Source: Planctomycetota bacterium (lineage in GTDB: Bacteria; Planctomycetota; MHYJ01; JACQXL01). From it: a DNA stretch of 64,000 nucleotides. Position numbers and translations under genes: made by a program. Under the pieces are notes generated by a model. That model did no database searches. It saw only the letters and a list, made by a program, of their open reading frames with translations, and was not told where the DNA came from. The DNA lies in contig JACRIK010000018.1 in the NCBI GenBank assembly GCA_016235865.1, positions 66,891 to 130,890 on the forward strand, written 5' to 3'. Below are positions 27,130 through 38,042 of the stretch, one piece after another (within the stretch, counting starts at the first letter, position 1; every line of letters begins with the position of its first letter).

Positions 27130-28311
27130 TTATAGTAACTTCATCTCCTTGCCGACAGATTGACAAACCTCTAATACTTTATCTAATTCTTTATCCGTGT
27201 GGGTGGCCATATAACTGGTGCGAATCAGCGCGCCGTCCGGTGGTACAGCCGGCGAAATTACCGGGTTGCTGAATATGCCTCGCTCAAATAATTGTTTCCA
27301 GAACCCGAAAGTGACCATATCCTCGCCGAGGATTAAAGGCACGATCGGCGTCTGGGTCGGGCCGATATTGAATCCCAGCTTGCGGTATTCCCGATGCATT
27401 TTATGGGTAATCTCCCAGAGCCGCTGGCGGCGCTGGGGCTCGGTTTTCATAATCTTTAGTGTCGCCAGGACCGTGGCTACGGCCGCCGGCGGCATACTGG
27501 CTGAGAATATCAGGGCCCGGGCATGGTGCTTGATGTAACTGATGACTTTTTCCTCGCCGACAATGAATCCGCCCAGCGAGGCGAATGACTTGCTGAAGGT
27601 GCCCATCACCAAATCAACGTCATTTTCCAGATTGAAATGTTCCGCGCAGCCGCGGCCGTGCTCGCCCATCACCCCGATGCCATGCGCGTCGTCCACCATC
27701 AGCCGGCACTTGTATTTCTTCTTGAGTTTGGCTATTTCAGGCAGGTTGGCCAGGTCGCCTTCCATGCTGAATACGCCGTCTACCACAATCAGGGCATTGG
27801 ACGGAGCGGGCAGTTCGGCCAGAATCCGTTCCAGGTCGGCCATATCGTTATGTTTGTATTTGATGGTCTTGCCGAAGGACAGCCGGCAGCCGTCCACGAT
27901 ACTGGCATGGTCGCCCCGGTCAACCAGGACGACATCGTCCTTACCGACCACGGTGGAAATGACGCCCTGGTTGGTCTGGAATCCGGTGGAGAAAATCAGC
28001 GCCGCTTCCTTGCGCATAAACGAAGCCAGTTCCCGCTCTAATTCCTCGTGGATATCGAGTGTCCCGTTCAGGAATCGCGAGCCGGTGCAGCCCGAACCGT
28101 ATTTCTCCACGGCCTTGATGGCCGCTTCCTTGACCCGCTGGTCCTGGGTCAGGCCCAGGTAGTTATTAGAGCCGATCATGATCATCTTCCGGCCGTCAAT
28201 AAACACCTCGGTATCCGCCCCGGACTGGATGGCCTTGAAATAGGGGTAGTAGCCCTGTTCCTTGGCTTCTTTAACGCGGGTATAATTGTAACACTTGGAA
28301 AATATTTCCAT
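27130..28311 (-). CDS. Alpha-oxoamine synthase, serine palmitoyltransferase-like (BioF/Kbl family)
   Basis: YYPYF, GSNNYLGLT, CTGSRFLNGT, DHASIVDG, VDDAHG, GTFSKS PLP lysine. Confidence 0.85.
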   Translation of the reverse strand: MEIFSKCYNYTRVKEAKEQGYYPYFKAIQSGADTEVFIDGRKMIMIGSNNYLGLTQDQRVKEAAIKAVEKYGSGCTGSRFLNGTLDIHEELERELASFMRKEAALIFSTGFQTNQGVISTVVGKDDVVLVDRGDHASIVDGCRLSFGKTIKYKHNDMADLERILAELPAPSNALIVVDGVFSMEGDLANLPEIAKLKKKYKCRLMVDDAHGIGVMGEHGRGCAEHFNLENDVDLVMGTFSKSFASLGGFIVGEEKVISYIKHHARALIFSASMPPAAVATVLATLKIMKTEPQRRQRLWEITHKMHREYRKLGFNIGPTQTPIVPLILGEDMVTFGFWKQLFERGIFSNPVISPAVPPDGALIRTSYMATHTDKELDKVLEVCQSVGKEMKLL

Positions 28312-28363
28312 TGCGGAGGGATTATATAACTGCAGTTATGGAGTGTCAATTAAAATATTATTT

Positions 28364-28409
28364 TAATCTGCGTAATCTGTGTAATCTGTGTAATCTGTGT
28401 AATCTGTGG
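28364..28409. repeat. 5 x 9-bp TAATCTGYG tandem repeat
   Basis: Read directly; related units at 40458-40484, 40571-40588 and 56448-56512. Confidence 0.85.
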
Positions 28410-29297
28410 TTAAGGGTGGAATTCCAGACTCTTGAATCCCTCGGTCTGCGATTTGATGTCGGCGATGACCTCCTGCGGATTCTGATACCTGATTTCCTTT
28501 TCCTTGGCCATCATCTTCTCGATGAAATACAGGACCTGCGGCGAGATGCCGCGGTTCTTTATCTCATCCGACTGCAGGCTGGCCAGGACCTGTTTGGCCA
28601 TCACTTCCATGTCGCCGGTGCCGGAAAAGGGGGTCTTGCCGGTAATCAGGTGGTAAAGCGTGGCGCCCAGCGAATAGATATCGCTCCGGATATCGGCCGC
28701 CTGGCCCCGGGCCTGTTCCGGCGACATATAGGCAATCGTGCCCGAGGTGGTAATCGCCGTATTGGCCGGCTGGCCGGTCGGTTGGCTGATGGGTTGCGCA
28801 AATCCCAGGTCGCACAGCTTGATTACGCCCTTTTTCTTGTCCAGCAGCAGGTTATCCGGCTTGATATCCCGGTGCAGGATATTATTCTTTTGCAGGTAGT
28901 CCAGGGCATTGGCCGCCTGCATAATGATCAGCAGCGCCAGTTCATCATTAATGCCGACCACGGTGCCGGCCTTTTCCTGGGTTTCGTCTATCAGTTTCTG
29001 GACCGAGTCGCCGGCCACATACTCCATGACCAGATAATGCAGTCCGTTAATGCCCTCAGGCGGCGTGACATAGTAGCCCCTGATGATATTGGGGTGGTTG
29101 AACTTAATCAGCAGCCGGGCTTCCCGCTGAAAACTCTTGAAGAAAGCCGGATTGGCCACGGTCTTGGGGAAAATCATCTTAATGGCCATCGTGCGGTTGG
29201 TCTTGATTTCCAGGGCCTTAAAGACAAGGCCCATTCCGCCGGCGCCTAATTTGCCCAATACCTGGTAGCCCGGAAGTGATTCTGATTTCTCGGTCAT
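28410..29297 (-). CDS. Serine/threonine protein kinase
   Basis: LGAGGMG, AIK, HRDIKPDN, DLG, YMSPEQ, SDIYSLG. Confidence 0.93.
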   Translation of the reverse strand: MTEKSESLPGYQVLGKLGAGGMGLVFKALEIKTNRTMAIKMIFPKTVANPAFFKSFQREARLLIKFNHPNIIRGYYVTPPEGINGLHYLVMEYVAGDSVQKLIDETQEKAGTVVGINDELALLIIMQAANALDYLQKNNILHRDIKPDNLLLDKKKGVIKLCDLGFAQPISQPTGQPANTAITTSGTIAYMSPEQARGQAADIRSDIYSLGATLYHLITGKTPFSGTGDMEVMAKQVLASLQSDEIKNRGISPQVLYFIEKMMAKEKEIRYQNPQEVIADIKSQTEGFKSLEFHP

Positions 29298-29466
29298 AAT
29301 CTGAAGAATTTCAAAGATAACAACTAGATTAAATAACCCCCTTTTATTCCCCCTTTGTTAAGGGGGACTGCGGGGGTTGTTATTCCGTTAAATCCTGTTG
29401 TTTAATTTCTCAATTATTAGGATTATATTTCTTGCCTGGGTGAATTCAATATATAATAATATAAAT

Positions 29467-31188
29467 ATGAGTGCCTTAAAGACGAAGAAACCGTTTGGCG
29501 AGATCGTCATCGAGATGAAACTGGCGACCGCGGCGCAGATTAAAGAGGCGCTGGCCGCCCAGAAGGCCCTGGCTACCGGTGCCAAGCCGGTCAAAAAGAA
29601 AACCGGCGAGATTCTGGTCGAGAAAAATATCCTTTCCGCCTCCCAGGTTACGGCCATCCTGGCCAAACAGGCCAACCTTAAATTCGTCCGGATTTCCTCC
29701 GGCACGATTACCGATGAGATAATTAAACTGGTGCCCAAGAGCCTGGCCCTGGAACACAAGATTATGCCGCTCCAGAAAAAAGGCAAGGTCCTGACCGTGG
29801 CCGCATCTTCGCCGCCGGATATGTTCGCCCTGGATAATCTCCGCTTCGCCCTGAACAGCGATATCGAAGTGGTCCTGACGGCGCAGGATGAACTGAACCA
29901 GGCCATCGCCAAATATTACGGCTCGACGATTGACGACTACGGCAACCTGGTCGGCGATATCAGCGACATCGACATCGCCCAGCGCGACGGCAAGGAAGAG
30001 GAAGCGGTTGAGGATGATGCGCCGATTATCAGGCTGGTTCACACCATTATTTCCGACTCGGTCAAGGTCCGGGCCAGCGATATTCATATCGAACCCATGG
30101 AAAAGGCGTTGCGCATCCGCTACCGGATTGACGGCGTCTGCCGCGAGATAGAATCACCGCCCAAACGGCTCCAGGGACCGGTCCTTTCCCGTATCAAACT
30201 TATGGCCGGGATGGACATTGCCGAAAAACGCCGGCCCCTGGACGGCCGGATTGCCACCTCTATTGACGGCAAGGATTTTGATATCCGCGTTTCGTCACTG
30301 CCTTCACAATACGGCGAGAGTATCGTCATGCGGCTGCTGGAAAAGCAATCGTTGGCCAGTTTGGATGACCTGGGATTCCACGGCGAGGACTACCGCCGAT
30401 TCAGGTCCATCATCAAAAGACCACACGGCATCTTCCTGGTTACCGGCCCGACCGGCTCAGGCAAGACCACCACCCTCTATGCGGCCATCAAGGAACTCAA
30501 CAAGCCCAATGTCAAGATTATCACAGCCGAAGACCCGGTGGAGTACGTAATGAGCGGAGTCAACCAGTGTCCGGCCAAGCGTGAAATCGGATTTACCTTT
30601 GCTTCTATCATACGAGCGATGTTAAGACAGGCGCCGCAGATTATTCTGGTCGGCGAAATCCGCGATGCCGAGACCGCCACCATAGCCACCCAGGCGGCCC
30701 TGACCGGCCACCTGGTCTTCAGCACCCTTCATACTAACGATGCGCCGTCCGCACTGACGCGTCTTTTGGATATGGGCGTAAAACCATTTCTGGTCGCGGC
30801 CTCTATCCAGGCCATTATGGCCCAACGCCTCATCAGGATACTCTGCCCCAAATGCAAACAGCCTTATACGCCGGAAGAGCCGGAACTGGCCATGCTCGGC
30901 CTGACGCAGAAAGACATCGAAGGCAAGACCATCTACAAGGCGGTCGGCTGCAAGGACTGCAAAGAGGGCTACAAAGGCCGGCGCGGCATCTTTGAACTCC
31001 TGGAAATGAGCTCCACCCTGAAAGAAATGACCTTCCGCAAGGAGCCGACCGTGAAACTCTACGAAGAAGCCAAAATCAGCGGCAAGATGACCTCGCTCAT
31101 GGAAGACGGCGTAAGAAAGATTCTGGACGGGCTGACCACACTGGAAGAGGTTGTGTCGCTGGCCAAGCGGGAGGATATCGGGTACTAA
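29467..31188 (+). CDS. GspE/PilB family assembly ATPase with MshEN-like N-terminus
   Basis: FGEIVIE, ASDIHIEP, GPTGSGKTT, EDPVEY, GEIRD, STLHTND, CPKC/CKDC. Confidence 0.92.
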   Translation: MSALKTKKPFGEIVIEMKLATAAQIKEALAAQKALATGAKPVKKKTGEILVEKNILSASQVTAILAKQANLKFVRISSGTITDEIIKLVPKSLALEHKIMPLQKKGKVLTVAASSPPDMFALDNLRFALNSDIEVVLTAQDELNQAIAKYYGSTIDDYGNLVGDISDIDIAQRDGKEEEAVEDDAPIIRLVHTIISDSVKVRASDIHIEPMEKALRIRYRIDGVCREIESPPKRLQGPVLSRIKLMAGMDIAEKRRPLDGRIATSIDGKDFDIRVSSLPSQYGESIVMRLLEKQSLASLDDLGFHGEDYRRFRSIIKRPHGIFLVTGPTGSGKTTTLYAAIKELNKPNVKIITAEDPVEYVMSGVNQCPAKREIGFTFASIIRAMLRQAPQIILVGEIRDAETATIATQAALTGHLVFSTLHTNDAPSALTRLLDMGVKPFLVAASIQAIMAQRLIRILCPKCKQPYTPEEPELAMLGLTQKDIEGKTIYKAVGCKDCKEGYKGRRGIFELLEMSSTLKEMTFRKEPTVKLYEEAKISGKMTSLMEDGVRKILDGLTTLEEVVSLAKREDIGY

Positions 31189-31190
31189 AA

Positions 31191-31310
31191 GAGGTTACAT
31201 AAGGTTACAACCGGTTACAAGGGGTTACACATTCGCTTTGCTCAGTGCAAGCAAAAGGTTACAGTAACCTCTTGTAACATCAATGTAACATCTTGTAACT
31301 TCTTGTAACA
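31191..31310. repeat. Inverted decamer array (GGTTACA then TGTAAC units) with central CATTCGCTTTGCTCAG motif
   Basis: About 10-bp period; about 65-bp core nearly identical, inverted, at 35931-35996. Confidence 0.8.
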
Positions 31311-31325
31311 TTTAGGAGGAACAGC

Positions 31326-32423
31326 ATGGCCGTAGATTTAAATAAATTACTTGATGTAGTGGTTGACCAGGGCGCGTCGGACCTGCACCTGACGGTCGGC
31401 CTGCCCCCGATGATTCGGGTGCACAGCCACCTGAAACCGCTCAACCATCCGCCCCTGACCAATGACGATACCGTGGCCTTCATGCATTCGGTCACCTCGG
31501 AGCGCCACCAGCAGGAACTGAAAGAAAAGGGCGGCTGCGACCTGGCATTCGCCTACGGCACAAAGGCCCGGTTCCGCGTGGCCGTCTATACCCAGCGCGG
31601 CCAGACCGGCCTGGTCCTGCGCCTTATCCCGAACAAGTTGCGGACCATTGAGGAACTGGGCCTGCCCGATGTGATAAAGGAACTGATAAACCGGCCCCGG
31701 GGCCTGATACTGGTCACCGGCCCGACCGGCTGCGGCAAAAGCACCTCGCTGGCCGCCATGATAAATCACATTAATACCAACGACGACTGCCATATCATCA
31801 CCATTGAAGACCCGATTGAATATTACCACGAGCACAAGAAATCCATCATTACCCAGCGCGAAGTCCACAACGACGTCGGCTCGTTCTCCGAGGCCATCAG
31901 CAAGGCCTTGAGAATGGACCCGGACGTGATTCTGGTCGGCGAAATGCGCGACCTGGATACTATCGGCACCGCCATTACCGCCGCGGAAACCGGCCACCTG
32001 GTCTTCGGAACTCTGCACACTACCGGCGCGGCCCGGACCATCAACCGCATCGTGGATGCCTTCCCGAATATGCAGCAGGAACAGATTCGCACCCAGCTGG
32101 CGACCGCCATCATCGCCATCATCTCCCAGGTCTTGATGCCCAAGGCCGATGGCAAGGGTGTGGTTGCGGCCTATGAAATAATGATTGCCACGCCGGCCGT
32201 CCAGCACCTTATCCGGGAAAACGAACCGCACAAAATCATCTCGGCCATCCAGACCGGCACAAAACTGGGCATGGTTCTCTTAGACGATTACCTCTTCAAG
32301 CTGTTCCTCCAGAAGAAGATTACATATCAGGACATGATGGAATACTCCCAGAACCCGGCTGATTTGGCCATCAAGATACAGGAATACGCCAAGCAGCAGC
32401 AGGCCGCGTTTAAGAAGCAGTAA
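31326..32423 (+). CDS. pilT: Type IV pilus retraction ATPase
   Basis: ASDLHL, GPTGCGKST, TIEDPIEY, QREV, LRMDPDVILVGEMRD, GHLVFGTLHT. Confidence 0.95.
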   Translation: MAVDLNKLLDVVVDQGASDLHLTVGLPPMIRVHSHLKPLNHPPLTNDDTVAFMHSVTSERHQQELKEKGGCDLAFAYGTKARFRVAVYTQRGQTGLVLRLIPNKLRTIEELGLPDVIKELINRPRGLILVTGPTGCGKSTSLAAMINHINTNDDCHIITIEDPIEYYHEHKKSIITQREVHNDVGSFSEAISKALRMDPDVILVGEMRDLDTIGTAITAAETGHLVFGTLHTTGAARTINRIVDAFPNMQQEQIRTQLATAIIAIISQVLMPKADGKGVVAAYEIMIATPAVQHLIRENEPHKIISAIQTGTKLGMVLLDDYLFKLFLQKKITYQDMMEYSQNPADLAIKIQEYAKQQQAAFKKQ

Positions 32424-32468
32424 TACTGTCTAACGGTGAATTGAACAGGTGTTACTGGGAATCAGCAT

Positions 32469-33263
32469 ATGAAGATAATAGATCTGCCGGAAAATCATCA
32501 ACAACTCTATTTTATGTGCCTGGAGGACTGGTCCGACGAAATCAAAGAGGCCGGCAATCACAAGGCCATCTGGTACGGCAAGATGAAGGACAAGGGACTG
32601 CGGGTAAAACTGGTCCTGGACGACCACGGCGCGGTCGGCGGGATGATACAATACCTGCCGGTGGAACATTCCTGGATTGAAGGCCAAGGCCTTTATTTCA
32701 TACCCTGCATCTGGGTGCACGGCTACAAGGGCAAAGGCGTGGGCAACCTGCAGAAAAAGGGCATGGGCAAGGCACTGCTTCAGGCCGCGGAAACAGATGC
32801 TAAGACGCTGGGCGCCCAGGGCATCGCGGCCTGGGGCGTTCCGCTGCCGTTCTGGATGCGCGCCTCCTGGTTCAAGAAGCAGGGCTATAAACCGGCGGAT
32901 AAACTGGGATTCCTTGGCCCGGTGCTATTATGGAAACCGTTTACTGACGATGCGCTGGCTCCCAAATGGATTCGGAGAAAGAAGATACCTGAAAATATTC
33001 CGGGTAAGGTGGCGGTGACATCATTCATCAACGGCTGGTGTCCGGCCATGAACATGGTGCACGAACGGGCCAAGAAGGCCGCAACCGGATTCGGCGACCG
33101 GGTGGCATTCCAAAAGATTGATACATCCGACCGTGATACCTTTCTGGAATGGGGCATAGCCGATGCCCTGTTTATAGACGGCAGGGAGGTGCGCACCGGC
33201 CCGCCGCCGTCCTATGACAAAATCCGCAAACTCATCGCCAAAAGGGTGAGGAAATTGACCTGA
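32469..33263 (+). CDS. GNAT N-acetyltransferase with C-terminal thioredoxin-like domain
   Basis: QKKGMGKALL acetyl-CoA motif, GMIQYLP, GWCP. Confidence 0.75.
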   Translation: MKIIDLPENHQQLYFMCLEDWSDEIKEAGNHKAIWYGKMKDKGLRVKLVLDDHGAVGGMIQYLPVEHSWIEGQGLYFIPCIWVHGYKGKGVGNLQKKGMGKALLQAAETDAKTLGAQGIAAWGVPLPFWMRASWFKKQGYKPADKLGFLGPVLLWKPFTDDALAPKWIRRKKIPENIPGKVAVTSFINGWCPAMNMVHERAKKAATGFGDRVAFQKIDTSDRDTFLEWGIADALFIDGREVRTGPPPSYDKIRKLIAKRVRKLT

Positions 33264-33354
33264 TAAGTTGGCATTCCTCCAGCCGGGTTGTAGAATGTCG
33301 ATAAATTGGTATGTGTTCCCGGATTAACCCGGATTAAAGAGTAAAAAATAGGGG

Positions 33355-33728
33355 GGATACCCCCATATATCCGGGGGGATATCCCCAGGGTATCTAATAG
33401 ATACCCCCTACACTACCAGTAGATACCCCCCTACCTACTACTGGATACCCCGGTACCTACTAATAGATACCCCCATACCTACTGACGGATATCCCCCTAC
33501 CTACTAATGGATACCCCCGTACCTACTGATAGATATACCCCTACCTACCAATGGATACCCCCTATAGTAGTAACGGATATACCCCTGCCTACTGACGGAT
33601 ACCCCCGGTAGTAGTAACGGATACCCCCCGACCTAGCAGTGGATACCCCCATACCTACTGATGGATATACCCCTACCTACTATGGGATACCCCCTGAGGT
33701 AGTAGTGGATACCCACCTACCTGCTACC
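33355..33728. repeat. Tandem array, 17 x 22 bp, consensus RGATACCCCCNTACCTACTRAY
   Basis: RGATA recurs every 22 bp from 33355 to 33707, no indels. Confidence 0.92.
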
Positions 33729-33803
33729 TGATTTAGAACATTTTGCGACAGACCGTATTCCTTTGCCAAGAAATACGATTTGGGCTAATAACTCTTGGCG
33801 CTG

Positions 33804-33976
33804 CTTATATACTGTGCATTTTGGTAAGTTTACAAGCGGGGATGTTTGTTTTGATGAGAAATGCCGCTTGTTTGTTAATCAGATGCCACTTCTTTTTCAA
33901 TCAAATACCGGCTCTTATATACTGTGCATTTTGGCAAGTTGACAAGCGGCGCTGGCTGTCTTGATTAGAAATGCCG
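33804..33976. repeat. Direct duplication with 110-bp period
   Basis: CTTATATACTGTGCATTTTGGYAAGTTKACAAGCGG at 33804 and 33914, similarity continuing to AGAAATGCCG. Confidence 0.8.
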
Positions 33977-34145
33977 TCTGTTCGTAGTAAAAATGGCGCT
34001 TCATTTGGTTATTTGGGTGAGTGGAAGAGGTCAGGGGGGTGGGGTATCCCCCCCTGCCTACATAAGATATTAATTTATAAGGAGTTACGGAAGAAAAAAC
34101 AGGTAAAATGGCATGTTTGGGCTATGAGATAGGGTTGGTTTTACC

Positions 34146-34243
34146 TCCCGACAAAAACTGTCGGGATAAGGGTCTCTAATTCACTAAGTTCACTCCGCTC
34201 CGGTAGGTGCTCGTGGTCACGCTGCGCTTAGTTCAAAGAGTCC

Positions 34244-34247
<4 letters not shown>
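34146..34247 (+). repeat. CCCGA hairpin plus degenerate TAA-N6 element (arms GGGTCT/AGTCCC)
   Basis: Final TAA overlaps hutU stop; hairpin CCCGACAAAAACTGTCGGG identical to that at 39925. Confidence 0.6.
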
Positions 34248-35890
<1,643 letters not shown>

Positions 35891-35897
35891 ATAATAT

Positions 35898-36062
35898 GAT
35901 GTTACAGGATGTTACATCGCCTTCGGGCGAGGTTACATGAGGTTGCGGTAACTTTTTGCTTGCACTGAGCAAAGCGAATGTGTAACCTCTTGTAACTTTT
36001 TGCCCCTCTGGGGTTCTCGTCCCGAGACCCCCGACGGGGTCGAGGGATAACCCCTTGTAACG
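35898..36062. repeat. Inverted decamer GTTACA/TGTAAC array with embedded hairpins
   Basis: Inverted copy of 31191-31310 core. Confidence 0.78.
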
Positions 36063-36063
36063 G

Positions 36064-37587
36064 TTATTTTAACTTTCCCACTACCTTTTCCACGGCTTCG
36101 AGTATCTCGCCGGATTTCACCAGCGCTTTCATGGCGTTGTGGTCGTCGAACAGCGGCCGGTCCACTTCCAGGTGCGCCACGTGTTTGCGGATGATTTCCC
36201 GGGCCTTGAGCGAGCCCTTGCCGGGCGTGAATTCTCTGAAATCCAGGGCCTGGGCCGCGGCCATTAATTCGATGCCGATGACGCCGTAGGCATTATCAAG
36301 AATCTGGGTGTTTTTCAGGGCGGTGTTCATGCCCATTGATACAAAATCCTCCTGGTCAGCCGCGGCCGGGATGGACATAATGGATGCCGGGGCGCTCAGG
36401 ATACGCTGCTCGACGATGAGCGAGTCGGCGGTGTATTGCGAGAGCATCAGGCCTGAATAAAATCCCGGTTCGTGGGCCAGGAAGTCGGGCAGTCCCTGGC
36501 TCAGGGCCGGGTTGGTCAGCCGGTTTAAGCGGCGCTCGGAGATGACGCAGACCATGGTGACAGCCGCGCCGGCCATATCCATGGGTAGCGCCACCGGCGA
36601 GCCCTGGAAGTTGGCGCCGGTCAGGGTCAGTTTCAGTTCCGGAACGAATATCGGGTTGTCGCCCACGCCGTTGAGTTCTATTTCGACCTGGGAGCGGGCG
36701 TAGGCAATGGCGTCGCGGGCCGCGCCGCTGACCTGCGGGGTGGAGCGCATCGAGTAGGCGTCCTGGACCTTGGTTTTCATCTTGCCGGTGGTCAGGTCCG
36801 AGCCCTCGAACATACGGCGCATGTTATCGGCCGAGTCAACCGCGCCTTTGAATCCGCGCAGTTCGTGGAGTTTGCCGGTGTAGGGTTTCATGTTGCCCAG
36901 GAGCGCCTCGATGGTCATGGCAGCGGCGATTTCAGACTGCTTGATTAGACGTTCCATGTCGAAGATGTTCAGGGCCGAGATGGCGGTCAGCAGGTTAGAG
37001 CCGTTGATGGCGGCCAGGCCGTCCCGGGCCTGCAGTCCGGGAATCGGGATGCCGGCCTTTTCCATGGCCGTCTTGCCCGGTAATATTTCGCCTTTATAAA
37101 ATGCCTTGCCTTCACCCATGAGCAGCAGAGCTGCCTGGGCCATCGGGGCCAGGTCGCCGGATGCGCCGACCGAGCCCTTGGCGCAAACGACCGGGGTGAC
37201 GCCCTTATTGAGCATGGCCACCATGGTTAGCGTAATCTCGGGACGGCAGCCGGAGTTGCCGTGGGCGTGGACGTTGATGCGCCCGGCCAGCGCCGCCCGG
37301 ACGTGTTCGATGGGCGCCGGCTCGCCGATGCCGGCCGCGTGGTTGTAAACCAGATAACGCTGGAATTCCTTGACCTGTTCGTCGTTGAGCATCTTCTCGG
37401 AGAATTCGCCGATGCCGGTGTTGGTGCCGTACATGACCTCTTTTTTGGCGAGTTTGTCTTCGAGCATGGCCCGGCAGACCTTGATACGCTCCAGGGCAAC
37501 GGGCGCCAGTTCCACTTTCTCATTGTGCCGGGCTATCTTGACCAGGTCTTCAATGGTTAAATGAGAGCCGTCTAATACAACTGCCAT
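36064..37587 (-). CDS. hutH: Histidine ammonia-lyase (MIO family)
   Basis: YGTNTGIG, GSVGASGDLAP (ASG), QDAYSMR, QEDFVSM; adjacent to hutU. Confidence 0.88.
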   Translation of the reverse strand: MAVVLDGSHLTIEDLVKIARHNEKVELAPVALERIKVCRAMLEDKLAKKEVMYGTNTGIGEFSEKMLNDEQVKEFQRYLVYNHAAGIGEPAPIEHVRAALAGRINVHAHGNSGCRPEITLTMVAMLNKGVTPVVCAKGSVGASGDLAPMAQAALLLMGEGKAFYKGEILPGKTAMEKAGIPIPGLQARDGLAAINGSNLLTAISALNIFDMERLIKQSEIAAAMTIEALLGNMKPYTGKLHELRGFKGAVDSADNMRRMFEGSDLTTGKMKTKVQDAYSMRSTPQVSGAARDAIAYARSQVEIELNGVGDNPIFVPELKLTLTGANFQGSPVALPMDMAGAAVTMVCVISERRLNRLTNPALSQGLPDFLAHEPGFYSGLMLSQYTADSLIVEQRILSAPASIMSIPAAADQEDFVSMGMNTALKNTQILDNAYGVIGIELMAAAQALDFREFTPGKGSLKAREIIRKHVAHLEVDRPLFDDHNAMKALVKSGEILEAVEKVVGKLK

Positions 37588-37602
37588 CTGGTGCTCACTT
37601 TC

Positions 37603-37641
37603 TTAGAGCCAGTTATCCCGACAGGGAGTTACTGGGTCTTA
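37603..37641 (-). repeat. TAA-N6 element (arms GACCCA/TGGCTC)
   Basis: Ends 15 nt before hutH ATG. Confidence 0.6.
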
Positions 37642-37810
37642 GATGGCGCCACTGGCGCCATTCATTATCACGGTTTACCCCCACACCAATACTTTGGTGT
37701 GGGGGTTACCAAGAGGGTCGTTAATATACCTGTGATAAATAAACTAATCAAGAAAAATAGAGAGAAAATAATGGCCGGGCAGTGACAAGCGGATAAAATA
37801 AATATTTTAC

Positions 37811-37839
37811 TTGACATTTTCGTGTAATAGGGATATATT
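37811..37839 (+). promoter_or_regulatory. Sigma70-type promoter
   Basis: TTGACA-17-TATATT upstream of traF-like gene. Confidence 0.65.
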
Positions 37840-37873
37840 AAATTATATTAAATATCAAAACCGAGAAGAGATA

Positions 37874-38029
37874 CCCCGCCATGCGGCGGGGTCTCCCGAT
37901 GAGTAATCGGGATAAGTCGCTGTCCCTAACGGGACTCCTGTGGTCGTAACGACCAAAGGTCTAACAGCGACTAATAAGAGTCTGTAACGTCGTGCGGCGC
38001 TAAGGCGCCGCCCAACTAACAGTCTCTAA
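37874..38029 (+). repeat. Two hairpins plus two tandem TAA-N6 elements (GTCGCT/AGCGAC; GAGTCT/AGTCTC)
   Basis: Read directly; final TAA runs into GAGGAG RBS. Confidence 0.72.
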
Positions 38030-38042
38030 GAGGAGCAAAAAG

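Noticed and set aside
26965..27215. DGR template/variable repeat pair
   Set aside because: Differences are synonymous third-position changes, not adenine-specific; no reverse transcriptase
28311..29249. 312-aa plus-strand ORF
   Set aside because: Antisense shadow of the kinase; NLCNLC start derives from the 9-bp repeat
33804..33949. Two-repeat mini-CRISPR with 36-nt repeats
   Set aside because: Similarity continues into the would-be spacer; only two copies; no cas or tracr
37913..38029. Canonical integron attC sites
   Set aside because: AAC motifs are in direct orientation rather than RYYYAAC...GTTRRRY; no integrase; neighbours are core genes
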